Assembly: GCA_951406725.2 (NCBI GenBank)
Contig: OX597814.1
Location: forward strand, 94,364,001-94,428,000
Reading direction: 5' to 3'
Source: Octopus vulgaris
Lineage: Eukaryota
DNA length: 64,000 bases
Shown here: positions 1 through 12,425 of the stretch, in pieces
Layout of the letters: each line of letters starts with the position of its first letter
Numbering within the stretch: position 1 is the first letter of the stretch
The notes under the pieces: model-generated
Told to the model about the DNA's origin: nothing
The model's input: the letters and a program-made list of their open reading frames with translations, nothing else
The model's database searches: none
Program-made: the position numbers and the translations under genes

Positions 1-875
1 CTAATATCCGATTCGAATAAATTCAAGTGATTAATCAATTATAACTAATTTCTGTTTCTAGATGTTTCACATTATAACTTGTTATATCTAACATTGCAAT
101 TTTTAATGTTTCACATACCGCACTGTTTAATTGATTCTAAATTTTTAAGTGATCCACATACCACACAGTCTTATATTTTGTTATGTGTGCCCCTCAAATG
201 GCTTCATTATATTTCAATTCATTTTGTGCAAAATCCCAGTTATGGGATTTAGCAGTTTCTCAAATAATTGGAATGTAATGTTTGGCATCCTAAAGAAGGT
301 GAATGAAAATGTCTTGTAAAAGTTGAGTGTTTAATTGCTGGATTGAAGAGTTTCTATTTTTGAATGTAAATGATGACTTCTAGAAAGGTATATGAACGGA
401 TGTTGAAAGGTTCCTGGTTTTGAGTAAAAGAAAATACAGGAGGACCAGTTAATTATGATATTATTCAACATATTGCTCTTGTCAGATTCACACACTTATG
501 ACAGCGTTCCTTCAGTTTTATTAAGCCATGGAAAAGAACACCAACCAGGCCTTTCGCTACACCTTTAAAGCTAGGAACATTTCAGCAGCCCTTTGTAAAT
601 GCCCCACTTTCCAGCTAAAGTAAAAGAACTCATTACACAACAAAAAAAAACATTTTGTATTGTCAAGCATAAAATATACGTAGGCATACATCAGCTATAA
701 AAGTTTATTTTTAATGGAAGCTGAACTGGTTTCATACATTTATCGCAACGCAATGATTTTGTTAACTCGATTTATGAGACATTGGATCAAAAGACAGTTA
801 AAGCGTGATGGTTTACCGTCGTTCCTCGATGAGGATTGAGCTGTTCGTCAATTGAATAATTTACTCCTGAGTTAG

Positions 876-1098
876 TATCCAAAAGGTTGATGAAAAGTTC
901 CTGGCTTTAAGGGTATCGCGAAAGGCCTGGATGTAGGTCCAAACTTCCGATTTTTCTTACAGAGCTTAGAAAAACTAAAAGACCGCTGCCAAAAGTGTGT
1001 GTATCTGAGAGGGGAATACGTTGAATAAAACCATAATTAACTGATACTCCTGTATTTTCTTTTACCCAAACCGAGGAACGTTTCAGCACCCCCATGTA
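876..1098 (+). mobile_element. Mariner-derived MITE / internally deleted mariner
   Basis: Degenerate inverted ends (GGTTGATGAAAAGTTCCTGGCTT ... AACCGAGGAACGTTTCAGCACCCCCATGTA). The interior encodes a mariner C-terminus, FFLQSLEKLKDRCQKCVYLRGEYVE*. Confidence 0.75.
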
Positions 1099-1214
1099 TA
1101 AGTGGCTAAGCATTCCACAGACATAATCGCTCATAACCTAATTAACAGTCAGGATGAGTGTGATACAGTGTATGTGACAAGGCCATACTATTTTAATTTT
1201 ATGTACAAAGCCAG

Positions 1215-1376
1215 CCAATAGGTTCTATATAGTTTCTATCAACATAATTCCACACACGATGTATAGATAGACTTGACGCTACAAAAATTGACATTTGCCC
1301 AAGATGTCAAATTGTAGGATCGAGACCGAGCTCTCATGCTTGCGAAATGAACTTCTTAACAATTCAGCCATACTGC
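1215..1376 (-). mobile_element. Degenerate copy of SINE family A (tRNA head + CORE-like domain)
   Basis: Reverse-complement similarity to the intact copies (GACATTTGCCCAAGATG, CTTCTTAACAATTCAGCCA). Confidence 0.55.
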
Positions 1377-1462
1377 CTAAAATAACAGGAAATAAATATC
1401 TATAAACAGTAGTAACGAAAGAGAAAGTGGAATGATGGGATAAATAAATGCTCGTTACTTAC

Positions 1463-1668
1463 TTTTTGAGGTAGTCGAACTGCGGTTTGTACGTGTCGTA
1501 TAGATCTACATCATACATCTCTACTTCATGAGTAAGATCAAGCGGACTAGTCAACTGCCATTGCCAAGTCATTCCCGGTTCAAATTGCCACCAACATCCA
1601 AGGACTGATGCAATCTGCTGCAAGATGACCAGGTGCAGTACAGTCCATATCCATCCTGCATATACCAT
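1463..1668 (-). CDS. First coding exon of a secreted GH114-like glycoside hydrolase (endo-alpha-1,4-polygalactosaminidase family); gene continues leftwards, probably beyond the window
   Basis: Translation MVYAGWIWTVLHLVILQQIASVLG|CWWQFEPGMTWQWQLTSPLDLTHEVEMYDVDLYDT: a hydrophobic signal peptide followed by the GH114 N-terminal pattern W.P.PG.TWQWQL...D....YD(I/V)DL(F/Y)D. The exon is bounded by a polypyrimidine acceptor (TTTTGTTTTTTCAACAG, exon starts 1675) and a GTAAGT donor (intron starts 1462, phase 2). The ATG is in AAAATGG context. Confidence 0.85.
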
Positions 1669-1693
1669 TTTAAATCTGTTGAAAAAACAAAAG

Positions 1694-1762
<69 letters not shown>

Positions 1763-3080
1763 GTGTGTATGTATGTATGTATGTATGTATGTATTGTGTG
1801 TATTTGTGTGTGTGTGTATGTGTGTGTGTGTGATATGTGTGTGTGTGTGATATGTGTGTGTGTTTGACAGATATACGTTCATATATACATATATGCAAAC
1901 AAGCAATGTATCGAAATAAATATACTCTCTATTTCGTCGGTACACTATCCTCTTTCTAGAAGACAGACGTTCATAATATATGAGGATGTATATGTATATG
2001 CATCCTCAGCGGAAAAACATACAACTAGAGAGAATTTTACTCGGAGTAAATAAATGTAAAAACTCCCTGTGATACATGAAAGGAAACATCAAGACTAAAT
2101 CAGATTCCATTCAATTTTGAAATCTGCTGTATTAATAAATAAAATAAATACCATCTAGTTACAAGGAAAGTATTTATTGCGTACAAAACGTTTAGCAGAG
2201 AGCTCAATAAAAGTGAAAGTGAAAGAAATCCGCTGCTTGTATTCTTTCTGGTTTTAATATTATATGTCTATTAGAGTGAATTTTCGTTTAGACTGCAGGC
2301 TAAATACATCTGTGACCTTTCAATCACTGTTTAACTGTATCAGCTAGTAGCCGATGTGAGATAACGTGGATATTTACTGTTGAAGAAGCTTACAATAAGA
2401 AATGAAGATCCAGCAAATTTCATGACCAATGCTGGTCGACCTTTGCATACTGCCGATATTTTTCTGTTTTCATTCCTAAGAGATACGATCTCAGGACGAA
2501 TACGACAGTTTAGAAGGCTTTCAACATATACACATTCAAAGTATGCACAAGATCGGTAATAGTAAATAAATACAAGTGAAACGAATATTTTACAATAAAT
2601 CAAACTACTCGTTGCAATAAGCACATTATATATTCTTCAGCTTTTCTGGACACGATCGTTCTTATAGTAGAAAGAGATTCACAAGATATATGAATACGCG
2701 TAGGCTTAACTCCCATTAATTCAATTGTCTCCGTCTATCACAATATGTGCGTGTTTGTTTACATAAGCATGTGTATGTATATATATGAATGTATTTATAT
2801 TATGTAGGTACACAAACACACGAACGCACGCACAGAGATACACATTTATGCATATACATACATATATACATACACAAATACACAAACACATACACACACA
2901 TGGACACACATATCCCTTTCAAATGATCTATACTTCCTTTTGGCTTTACAAGACCCATTTACAACTTGTTTACAATTCAGCTAACATTATCTAATTACCC
3001 TTTATCTGTCTTTCCCATATATGTACATATATATGTATGTGTGCATATGTATATGTTTATATATATATATATATCTGTGC

Positions 3081-3129
<49 letters not shown>

Positions 3130-3161
3130 CATATGTATATATATATATATATATATCTGTG

Positions 3162-3204
<43 letters not shown>

Positions 3205-3205
3205 C

Positions 3206-3260
<55 letters not shown>

Positions 3261-3275
3261 TATATATGTATATAT

Positions 3276-3315
<40 letters not shown>

Positions 3316-3317
<2 letters not shown>

Positions 3318-3775
3318 TTCGTGCGTGGCTGTGTGCTAGGAAGCTTGCTTCCCAACAACAATGTTTCGGGTTCAATCCTGCTGCGTGGCACCTTTAGCAA
3401 GTGTTTTCTACTATAGGCTTGGGCCAACCAAAGCCATGTCAGTGTATTTGGTTGATGGAAACTGAAAGAAGTCTGTCCTCTCTCTCTCTCTTTATATATG
3501 TATATATATATATATATATATATTTATTTATTTATTTATTTATTTATATATTTATGCGTGTATATTTGTCTGTGTTTTTCCATGCGCACACACCATTGCT
3601 TAGAAACCGATATAGGTGTATTTACGTCCCCGTAACCTAGCGGTTCAGTAGACGATATCGATAGAATAAGCGCCAGGCTTACAAAGATAAGTCCAGGGGT
3701 CGAATTCTTCAACTACAAGTCGGTGCTTCAGCATGGCCACACTCGAATGACTGAAACAAGTAACAGAGTAAAAAA
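3316..3775 (+). mobile_element. SINE family A (tRNA-derived, CORE-like, OR-type) with internal microsatellite
   Basis: GTGGCTGTGTG..A box, GGTTCAATCC B box, GGCACCTT..GCAAGTG CORE-like motif, internal (TA)n, and tail ...CAGCATGGCC...ATGACTGAAACAAGTAA. A second partial copy lies at 3820-4075. Confidence 0.8.
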
Positions 3776-3776
3776 G

Positions 3777-3823
<47 letters not shown>

Positions 3824-4092
3824 CCTCAGGGTAACCAAAGCCGTGTGACTGGATTTCATACACGGAAACTGAAAGAAGACTGTCGTATATATGTGTATAT
3901 TTGTGTTTCTGTGTTGCTGTGTTTACGTACCCATAACTTAGCGGGTCGACAAATGACACTGATAGAATAAGTACTAGGCTTGCGAAGCATGAATCATGTG
4001 GTTGATGTGTTCGACCAACGGCGGTGTTCCAGCATGGCTGCAATCACATGACTGAAACAAATAAAACAGTAAAAAAACTATGGCATTTTAAT

Positions 4093-4121
4093 CCCGGGCA
4101 AGGACGGGTATCTTTGCTAGT
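4093..4121 (+). mobile_element. Helitron-like 3' terminus
   Basis: GC hairpin CCCGGGCAAGGACGGG followed 8 nt later by CTAG|T. Confidence 0.45.
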
Positions 4122-4124
4122 ATA

Positions 4125-4424
4125 TAAATATGCTCGAAGATAGAGCAGGACGTCCTTCAACTTCCACTACAGACGAAAAGAGTCAGCAAGCTCGAGAGAT
4201 AGTAATGGTCTTGGATCCCTGCTCTTTGTTCTTTTTTAGTGCATATCGCTAGTGGAGCAGCTATGCTTACACTGTAAAAGCAGAAAGAAAAATAGCGAAA
4301 TCAGGCTCAAGCTTCGATCGCGTAACCACAATAGTACCAACTATAAGCACGCATGCGCAGGAGGTTGTGTGACAATAATAAAGATATGGTGAAAGTGCGG
4401 ATAATTTTTGACTTCCCTTCGTAC
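4125..4424 (+). mobile_element. Mariner remnant (HTH-linker fragment plus right TIR)
   Basis: Translates as RAGRPSTSTTDEKSQQAREIVM (GRP linker). Ends in AAGTGCGGATAATTTTTGACTTCCCTTCGTA, a mariner-type TIR ending in TA. Confidence 0.6.
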
Positions 4425-5800
4425 ATATTATATCTTCAATTTTTATTTCCCACCAGTCACTTCCTCTCATTAATCTTTATATTGTCATCTACTTTGTAAC
4501 AGAGCCAGTTTGTATCAGGGACACTTAGTTAACGATAAATATTCTCGTAAAATTTTTCCTCCACACCTTAGTATATATCATTTATAAATTACACATAAGT
4601 TACAAGGCCTATCAATTTCTGGCACGGGAATATGTATTATGGTGACAGAAATCCGACTTTCAATGGATAATTATGTAGTATTAATAATCGAAAGAAAAAA
4701 ACCCACAAGAGAATAAGCATTTTTTAATCATAAATCCCTATCAAGTAGCAACAGTGGGGACGTGTATGTGTGAGTGTATGTGTGCGCGTGCGTATGCAGT
4801 TCTTGGGAAAAAATAAATTTTGTTCGTAACGTAGTTTCTCAGAAAAGAAAAAAGAAATTTTACGGTGCCCCAATATGACGGCTGCTGTCGATCTGAAACA
4901 AGTTAAAGAGTTAAACAATGTCAAAAATATAGGAAAGGCATCCCTATAGATGCAAATGCATTATTGCTGTATTTGCATAAGACACCATTTATTTTTAAAT
5001 AAAGAGTCTCAAAATTCACCTGGGGTCCTTCTATATGAAATTGACCCAGTATACATTCTTTAATGAACTAAAATTGTATATATGCGCTGATAAAATTGTG
5101 GTCCGTTAAATTCGCCTGTGCATTTTTATGCCATCAGATATGATACTTATCGCTCCTCGACAAATATAATTTTATTGGGATTTACATAAGTGTCCAACAT
5201 GTGTTCTGGAAATTGCATCTTGTCTATTTCTAGAATATTCACGCGAGAGAAATACGGAGGTATATGTTTATAGATTTCAATGATCCATTAGACTAAAGTA
5301 GGATTTAAAGTTTTGGATGGCAAGAAAATGAAATCTGTGAGTTCCAATAATAACTATCCCGACTGGTATTCGACTAATTGAAGGGCCTAATCATTGAATT
5401 ATAATGTAATTGACTGAGTTTTTCTCAGCTATGTGTATCATTTCAGATAGTTATAGACAGAAAAATAGGAAGATATAGTCTTTTGACAAAGATAGCCATT
5501 TATATTACAGGTGACGTCGCATCGAAGGGCTTCTACCAAGTTTTTATCAAACCAACTTCATTCACAAGTCTTAGAACGATCTGAAGCTATGACCCAAGAC
5601 ACTTACCTGGGCCAACGGTGTGGGTCAAACTTTCGAATATATGGTTAACGAGGATTGACTTTAATTCTCACTGCTATAACACTCTCCCCACCCCTCCCCA
5701 TACACATTAAACACACTCACACATAGATATGTATGTATATATCTGTAACTACGTATCTTTTTATATATATATATATATAATATAAAATTATATATATATA

Positions 5801-5997
5801 TGGCTGTGTGGTAAGTAGCTGTGTGGCTGTGTGGTAAGTAGCTTGTGGCTGTGTGGTAAGTAGCTTGCTTACCAAGAACATGGTTCCTAGTTCAGTCCCA
5901 GTGTGTGGCTCCTTGGGCAAGTGTCTTCTACAATAGCCTCGGGCCGGCCACAGCCTTGTGAGTTGACTTGGTAGACGGAAACTAAAAGAATCCCGTC

Positions 5998-6032
<35 letters not shown>

Positions 6033-6387
6033 TTTGTCTGTCTGTGTTTGTCCCCCACTCCAACATCCCTTGACAACCGATGTAGGTGTGTTTACGTCCC
6101 CATTACTTAGCGGTTCGGCAAGAGAGCCGGATAGAATAGGTGCTAGGCTTACGAAGAATAAGTCCCGAGGTCGATTTGCTCCACTAAAGGCGGTGCTCCT
6201 TTAGTGGAATAAAAGAATATGTGTATGTATGTATGTATGTATATACACACATATGTACACACAATCACACACACACATATATGTGTACAAAGAATAAGAC
6301 CTGTAGTCGATTTGCTCGACTAAAGTCGGTGCACCAGCATGGCCGCATTCAAATGACTGAAACAAATAAATGAATAAAAGAATAAAA

Positions 6388-6390
<3 letters not shown>
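5801..6390 (+). mobile_element. SINE family A, rearranged (triplicated head, duplicated tail)
   Basis: GGCTGTGTGGTAAGTAGCT x3, CORE-like segment, internal (TA)n, and two tail segments. Confidence 0.85.
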
Positions 6391-6441
<51 letters not shown>

Positions 6442-6989
6442 TAAGAAAACAAATCAGAGTCTCTATCCTACTATGACATCTGCATTTATTATTTTTCTAT
6501 ATAAAGACTACGATGCGAAATCATTTGAATATTTTCAGTTCTTGATCGGAATGTAATCCGGTAAACTTCGTTGAAATACAATAATGCTTATATGAATTAT
6601 TCATACGTACAATATTCTAATTCCCTGTGAAGCTGTTGAGTATTAATTCTAGAATAATCGTTTGTTTCATTCGTATTGGCATCTTTTATTTACTTGTAGC
6701 CTCTTTGAAATTCTTCCTTGTGAATTAATGTTTTCTGAATGATTCCACAAATTGCAGTATTAGAGTTTAAACTTCCTCTTTTCCATTTATTTATTATTCT
6801 GTATTCATTCCTGGTTGTCTAAATATTTCGTTGCAAAGATCTGGGTTTCTTTTCTTTTCTTTTTTTGTTTCTGTAATTTTTTTCTGTTTTTCTTTCTCAT
6901 GCTTTTACGGAAAACATATTACAATATATGTATGCATACATAGGTGTCCATAGATTCAAACACATACTCCCGTATACACTCACACATGT

Positions 6990-7060
<71 letters not shown>

Positions 7061-10000
7061 CATTAGTGTGTGTATGAATATATGAATACGTATGAAAGCT
7101 CATCGTTCACATCAGACATTTCCTAAATACAACATTCACACACTAAGTGACGCATGCCTACATTTATTTCAACTCATTTCTTTGATAAAAGGATAAGTCT
7201 GATAACCAGAAAGATAACTAGGAATAGATATCGGTTTATGTATATAGACATATATACATATACATACATGCATAGGCATATATATCTATCTGTGTGTGTA
7301 TGTGTCTACATGAGATGTATGTGCGCATATGTGTACATGTATGTATGATGTAAATTCTCGTCACATTGACATCTTGAATCATATCTGTGATATTGACTTA
7401 CTAGTCACTCTACCAGTCCTCACAATACACCCGCGCGTATATATGAAGGAATTTACACGATCAATAATACAGATTACACCACAAGCATAGAATATACTTT
7501 TTCGCCACTGTTAATTAATATACTGCTACTTCAAATTCAATACCCTGATTGTCATTGTGGAAGCACGTTCATTTTATATGGTTTGAAAATTGTCTTAGTT
7601 ATAATTCAGTTTCTGCTACCTCACCCTCTAATACTAAAGCCAATAATTGCCAATATGAGCACAAATACATCAATTTTTCGGGAATGGGGTGGTTGTTAGT
7701 CGATTTCATTGTCCCTAGTACTTTACTGGTATTTATTTTATCGAATTTGAAATGATGAATGGCAAAGCTAATTTCTGCGGGATTTAAACAGAAGAGGTAG
7801 AAAGTTGGAAGGAATGCCGCTAAGTATTTTTCCGACGAGTGAACATTCAGCAAACTTGCCAACTTGAAGGGTTTTAATAATATAAATGATAAGATATTAT
7901 TTTGTATATGAAACGTCATTATTTACATACCTTTAAAACCAAATAATGATAGAGTACATAAATGAAAGGAAAATAGTAAAATTGATGAGTATACAGGTTA
8001 GAGTGAAACAACCTTATCTAGAGGAATAGAAAAAAAATAGAGGAATAATGAAAGTAACAAGTTGACAACTCACAGAACAGGTGACATGTTGAATCAGTTG
8101 ACGAAATGGGGAGAAAAGTAAATGATTTACCGCTAAACATAGAGAAGAAAACAACTTCACTTTGATTGGCAGCGAATTAGGATTTTCGGATTTGTAATTT
8201 CCTTCTACTATCAGTAAAGCAGGAAACATATTAAGGCAAATAAATAACGAAGGAAAACAGGAAATTTTCTCTAAGATACATAATGATTTCATACACATGC
8301 ATATACACAAATACACAAACAACCATATCTACAAAATATATATTCCACCAGCCTTTCAAGTTCTTTCCTATCAAGTACGGATGTAAGGATTTGCGTGGAA
8401 CCTTATTTTTATAGTCAGTTATCTTAGTCAAGAATTTTGAGTCTGCCGTGCCTGTTATTTATTTGTTCCCATTAGATTTCAATTTTTAAACAATCCTTGA
8501 TATCAAATTTGTTTTAACAATCATGAAATAAGCTGGTCGTTGTTCCTGATATTTACGTCGATCGTTCAATGCCCTACGTGAAGTTCCCATGTTAAATTTT
8601 AAGTCATGCTTTGCTACTAATATAAACTGCATAAACAATCTTCTAAGTTTTTGTGCGTTTTCTGTATATACATTACATCACTAACAAATGTGAGTTATCT
8701 AAGTTTTATGCTGTGCTATGTTATATATTATCTTGTGTAGCTCCTTGCTATTTATATGCTTGATCTGTCAATGGGTAAGTTTGATAATAGTATATGTTTT
8801 GGCTAACACAAAAATTTAGTTTAAAACTCCCACACTTTGTAATTCATATTAGTCAATACTTGGGTTTATTGTTGATTTGAGACGGGGAAATTTCAGTATT
8901 ACCGTACCTTAAAGATAACAACGAGACAAAAACGCTATGTCCATTATGCTCTTTGTGTCGCGTTGTCTTGTTGCTGTGTAAGAAGCATATAGCTGGTGTA
9001 TATTGCACCATCACAGACAACTAGTTAAGGAAGTGCTCAGCTTTCAAAAATATACATACGGTCTAGGAGATTCTACACAGATTTATATAAGATATATCAT
9101 TCCACATATCGGCCAAGATTGTCACCAATTGTTGCGTTGAAAACAAAAAGGTAAAAAAAGATGTTTTTAGAGGATCGAATTTATGGTATCCTTCTTCTTG
9201 CACGCTCTTCTATGTGTGCCTTAAGCAAAGAAGCATTTAGTTGATCTTTGTGATACTGACCTTGTTTTCATTAGTTGTTTCACATTCACGCCTTTATTAC
9301 TAGCAACGGTTGTAAAATAAATGCTAATCCTGTATGAATTCAAAACACCACATTCGCTCCTTACATTGGGTTTGTCCCGTTGTTTGTCAAGATGCACATG
9401 TGCGATGTTCTTGGTGCTGGCATTATCGTTTTTGTAGTTATTGGCATTAACCGTGTCATCTAAAGTATTCAAATTAACAATTTTAGATGTTATAAAATTT
9501 AATTACTTTTCCATGCACGGTACGAGAGATTTATTCTGAAATTAGGTTTGTTCTTCGTGTTCATATTTACAATTTTTCTTTTAACATGGATTTCTGTGTT
9601 TGACTGGAAGCTATATTTAGATGAAATGTAAACAAAACAAAAAAGAATGTCCAAAAAAATCGTGCGTTATGTACCCCACTCATACGATCCCCAATGTTTT
9701 CCAGGCGTCTTCTCTGCTGAGAATTATCCCCAAAGTAATATATTTCCTTCAATCGTATTTGCCAAGACATTAAAAATCTCAGAGGAAAACGAAGAATCAT
9801 GGCAAATATCATAGGTTAATATACAATATTGGGAATGGAATCCAGAGATTATTTGCCCAAGGTGCTAAGGACTATTTATAAATTTTACTCTAAGGTTTTT
9901 CGATACATGTAATCCAGTAAATAATTCTTTTTTACTCTTCGTTTTACCAGACACTCATATAGATACTAAAATCAACAAATTATTACAGTCTCCATAAAAA

Positions 10001-10124
10001 TTACTCCATCCATTTGTTTCACTGTCATTTATAGCATTCAAATGTATGTGTCCTGACGGAAACCAGATCACCATTTCTGCTTACTAAGAGGACTGTGTTT
10101 TGGGTTTACTATGACGCCGATATA

Positions 10125-10455
10125 TATTGCTTTCAAATTTTGGCAGAAGGCCAGCAATTTCGAGCGAGTAGGTAAGTGGCGTACACCGACCCTAGTGCTT
10201 AACTGGTACTTATTTTAATAACCCTGAAAGGATGAAAGGCAAAGTCGACCTCGGTAGCATTTGAACTCAGAACATATAGTCGGGTGAAATATTTCAAATT
10301 TTGGCACAAGGCCAGCAAGTTCGGCGAAGTGAGTAAGTCGATTACATCGACCCAAGAACTCAGCTGGTACTTATTTTACTGACCCGAAAGGATGAAAGGC
10401 AAAGTGAAACCTCGGCGGAATTTGAACTCAGAACATAAAGACAGACGAAATGCCG
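10125..10455 (-). mobile_element. SINE family B tandem dimer (tRNA head + GCCTTTCATCCTTTCGGGGTCGATAAA central domain)
   Basis: Two consecutive units, each with GAAAGGATGAAAGGCAAAGT..CCTCGG..ATTTGAACTCAGAAC. Confidence 0.8.
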
Positions 10456-10716
10456 TTATTTATTAGCATTCTTCTCTGAAATATCGATCTAATATAATCT
10501 ACGAAATATTGATCTAATATAAAGGTATATATGAGCCAAAGAGAAAACCTTACAAGAGTTCTCGACCCAGCCAAGTTTCCCTCAAATCTCATCCAACTAT
10601 TTTGAAAGAAAATAGAATGACACATTTGAAAATGTAGTCCTTAATGTAATATATATATATAATCAATAATAAATCTGTGAACGAGGTATAAACAGTAGCT
10701 GCACGACAATGTGAAG

Positions 10717-11097
10717 TATATTTGCCATTTAAATGTGGCTAACCACTAAGGGTGGATGCTACTGTAACTTGTAGCCCCAGGAGAACATCTTCTCCAGCTG
10801 GCTATTGACACACTTCCTGTACCCTATCAGTATTTGCAAAGGGAAGCCATCCTTCTCATCGTCGACCTGACGTGATACGTACGGATCCGGGTTTCTGAAT
10901 ATTTTCCCGTCGTCAGCGCACGACAATCACCAGTATTCGATGCGAAGGGATCCCAATGCAAATACATATATCCTTTTTCCAGTAACGAAAAGTCACTGGG
11001 CACAGAAAGTGTGTCAATAGGCAGCTGGAGAAGATGTTGTCCTGGGGCTACAAGCTACAGTAGCATCCACCCTTAGTGGTTAGCCACATTTAAGTGG

Positions 11098-11105
<8 letters not shown>
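10717..11105. mobile_element. Foldback element with ~108-bp inverted arms abutting a (TA)n array (Penelope-like inverted pseudo-LTR, or MITE)
   Basis: 10717-10824 is the near-perfect reverse complement of 10998-11105, with a ~173-bp spacer. Confidence 0.7.
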
Positions 11106-11148
<43 letters not shown>

Positions 11149-11388
11149 ATAAATATTAGGGAATAAATCCAAATAAATCCAAATAGTGGTTTTGTCTCGA
11201 ATTATATTATATATATATATATATATATATAGATGAAACCAGAGTAAGGTAGTATAAAAAGCCAAGAGGGACATAACTGTAACAGCTTCAGCATAGGTCT
11301 TCTCAGTCAGGTTTGATCTGGGGTTAAACAACAACATATACAACTACGAAAACAAGAAAGAAAATATTTAAATTTGTATTAGTGTGTA

Positions 11389-11778
11389 GGCGTAGGAATG
11401 GCTGTGTGGTAAGTAGCTTGCTTACGAACCACATAGTTCCGGGTTCAGTCCCACAGCGTGGCACCTTGGTCAAGTGTCTTCTACTATAACCTCGGGCCGA
11501 CCAAAGACGTGTGAGTGGATTTGACAGATGGAAACTGAGAGAAGCCCGTCGTATGTGTGTGTGTGTGTCTGTGTTTGCCACCACCACCCCAACATCGCTT
11601 GACAACCGATGCTGGTGTGTTTACGTCCCCATAACTTAGCGGTTCGGCAAAAGAGACTGATAAAATAAGTACTAGGCTGGCTTACAAAGAATAAGTCATG
11701 GGGTCGATTTGCTCGACTAAAGGCGGTGCTCCAGCATGTCCACAGTCAAAGGACTGAAACAAGTAAAAGAGTAAAAGA
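11389..11778 (+). mobile_element. SINE family A, near full length
   Basis: GGCGTAGGAATGGCTGTGTGGTAAG...GGTTCAGTCCC...GGCACCTTGGTCAAGTG...(TG)n...CTGAAACAAGTAAAAGAGTAAAAGA. Confidence 0.9.
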
Positions 11779-12239
11779 TTAGTGTGCTAAATTTTACTTC
11801 TGTCGAACATATATTGCTTTTGTTGTTTCTATATTTTTCTCTCGCCCAAGAATAGATTCTTCTTATTACATTATATACACATAATACTACAATACAGTTA
11901 GTTATTTTTAGCTCACGGTATACCTTAACTGGATATTGCTGCCAAGCCTTCTCTGAAATCTTATTTACAACTTATCAAGAAAGAACAGCCATTTCTTCCT
12001 AGACGTTTCGGTTCTACAGGAAACGAAGTTAACCATCAACCTTGTGAACACATTTAGTTTTCGTAAAAATATTGCAGTTTCTACTGTATCTGAAGCCTTG
12101 TGGCTATAAAGGAAAATCAATATTTATTTACGAAGAAAGTTGTCTTTCGCTATAGGTAAACTTACCACGACATGGTTTTGATTCCTAGTTGTATTCTGAA
12201 ATAATTATTTAATCAGTCCCTTTCAGTCAATAATCGACG

Positions 12240-12425
12240 ACAATAAAGCAACTACTACTACTATTACTACTACTACTACTACTACCACGACTAAAACTAC
12301 AACGACTGCGGCAACCACCACCTCTTCTACTACTACCACCACCACTTTCATTGCTACTACAACTACTACTACGACGACAACTGCTGCTTCTAGTACAACT
12401 ACCACTACTACAACTATTACAACTA
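12240..12425. repeat. Degenerate trinucleotide (ACT/ACC/ACA)n tract
   Basis: Direct inspection; the source of the poly-V and poly-S pseudo-ORFs. Confidence 0.9.
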
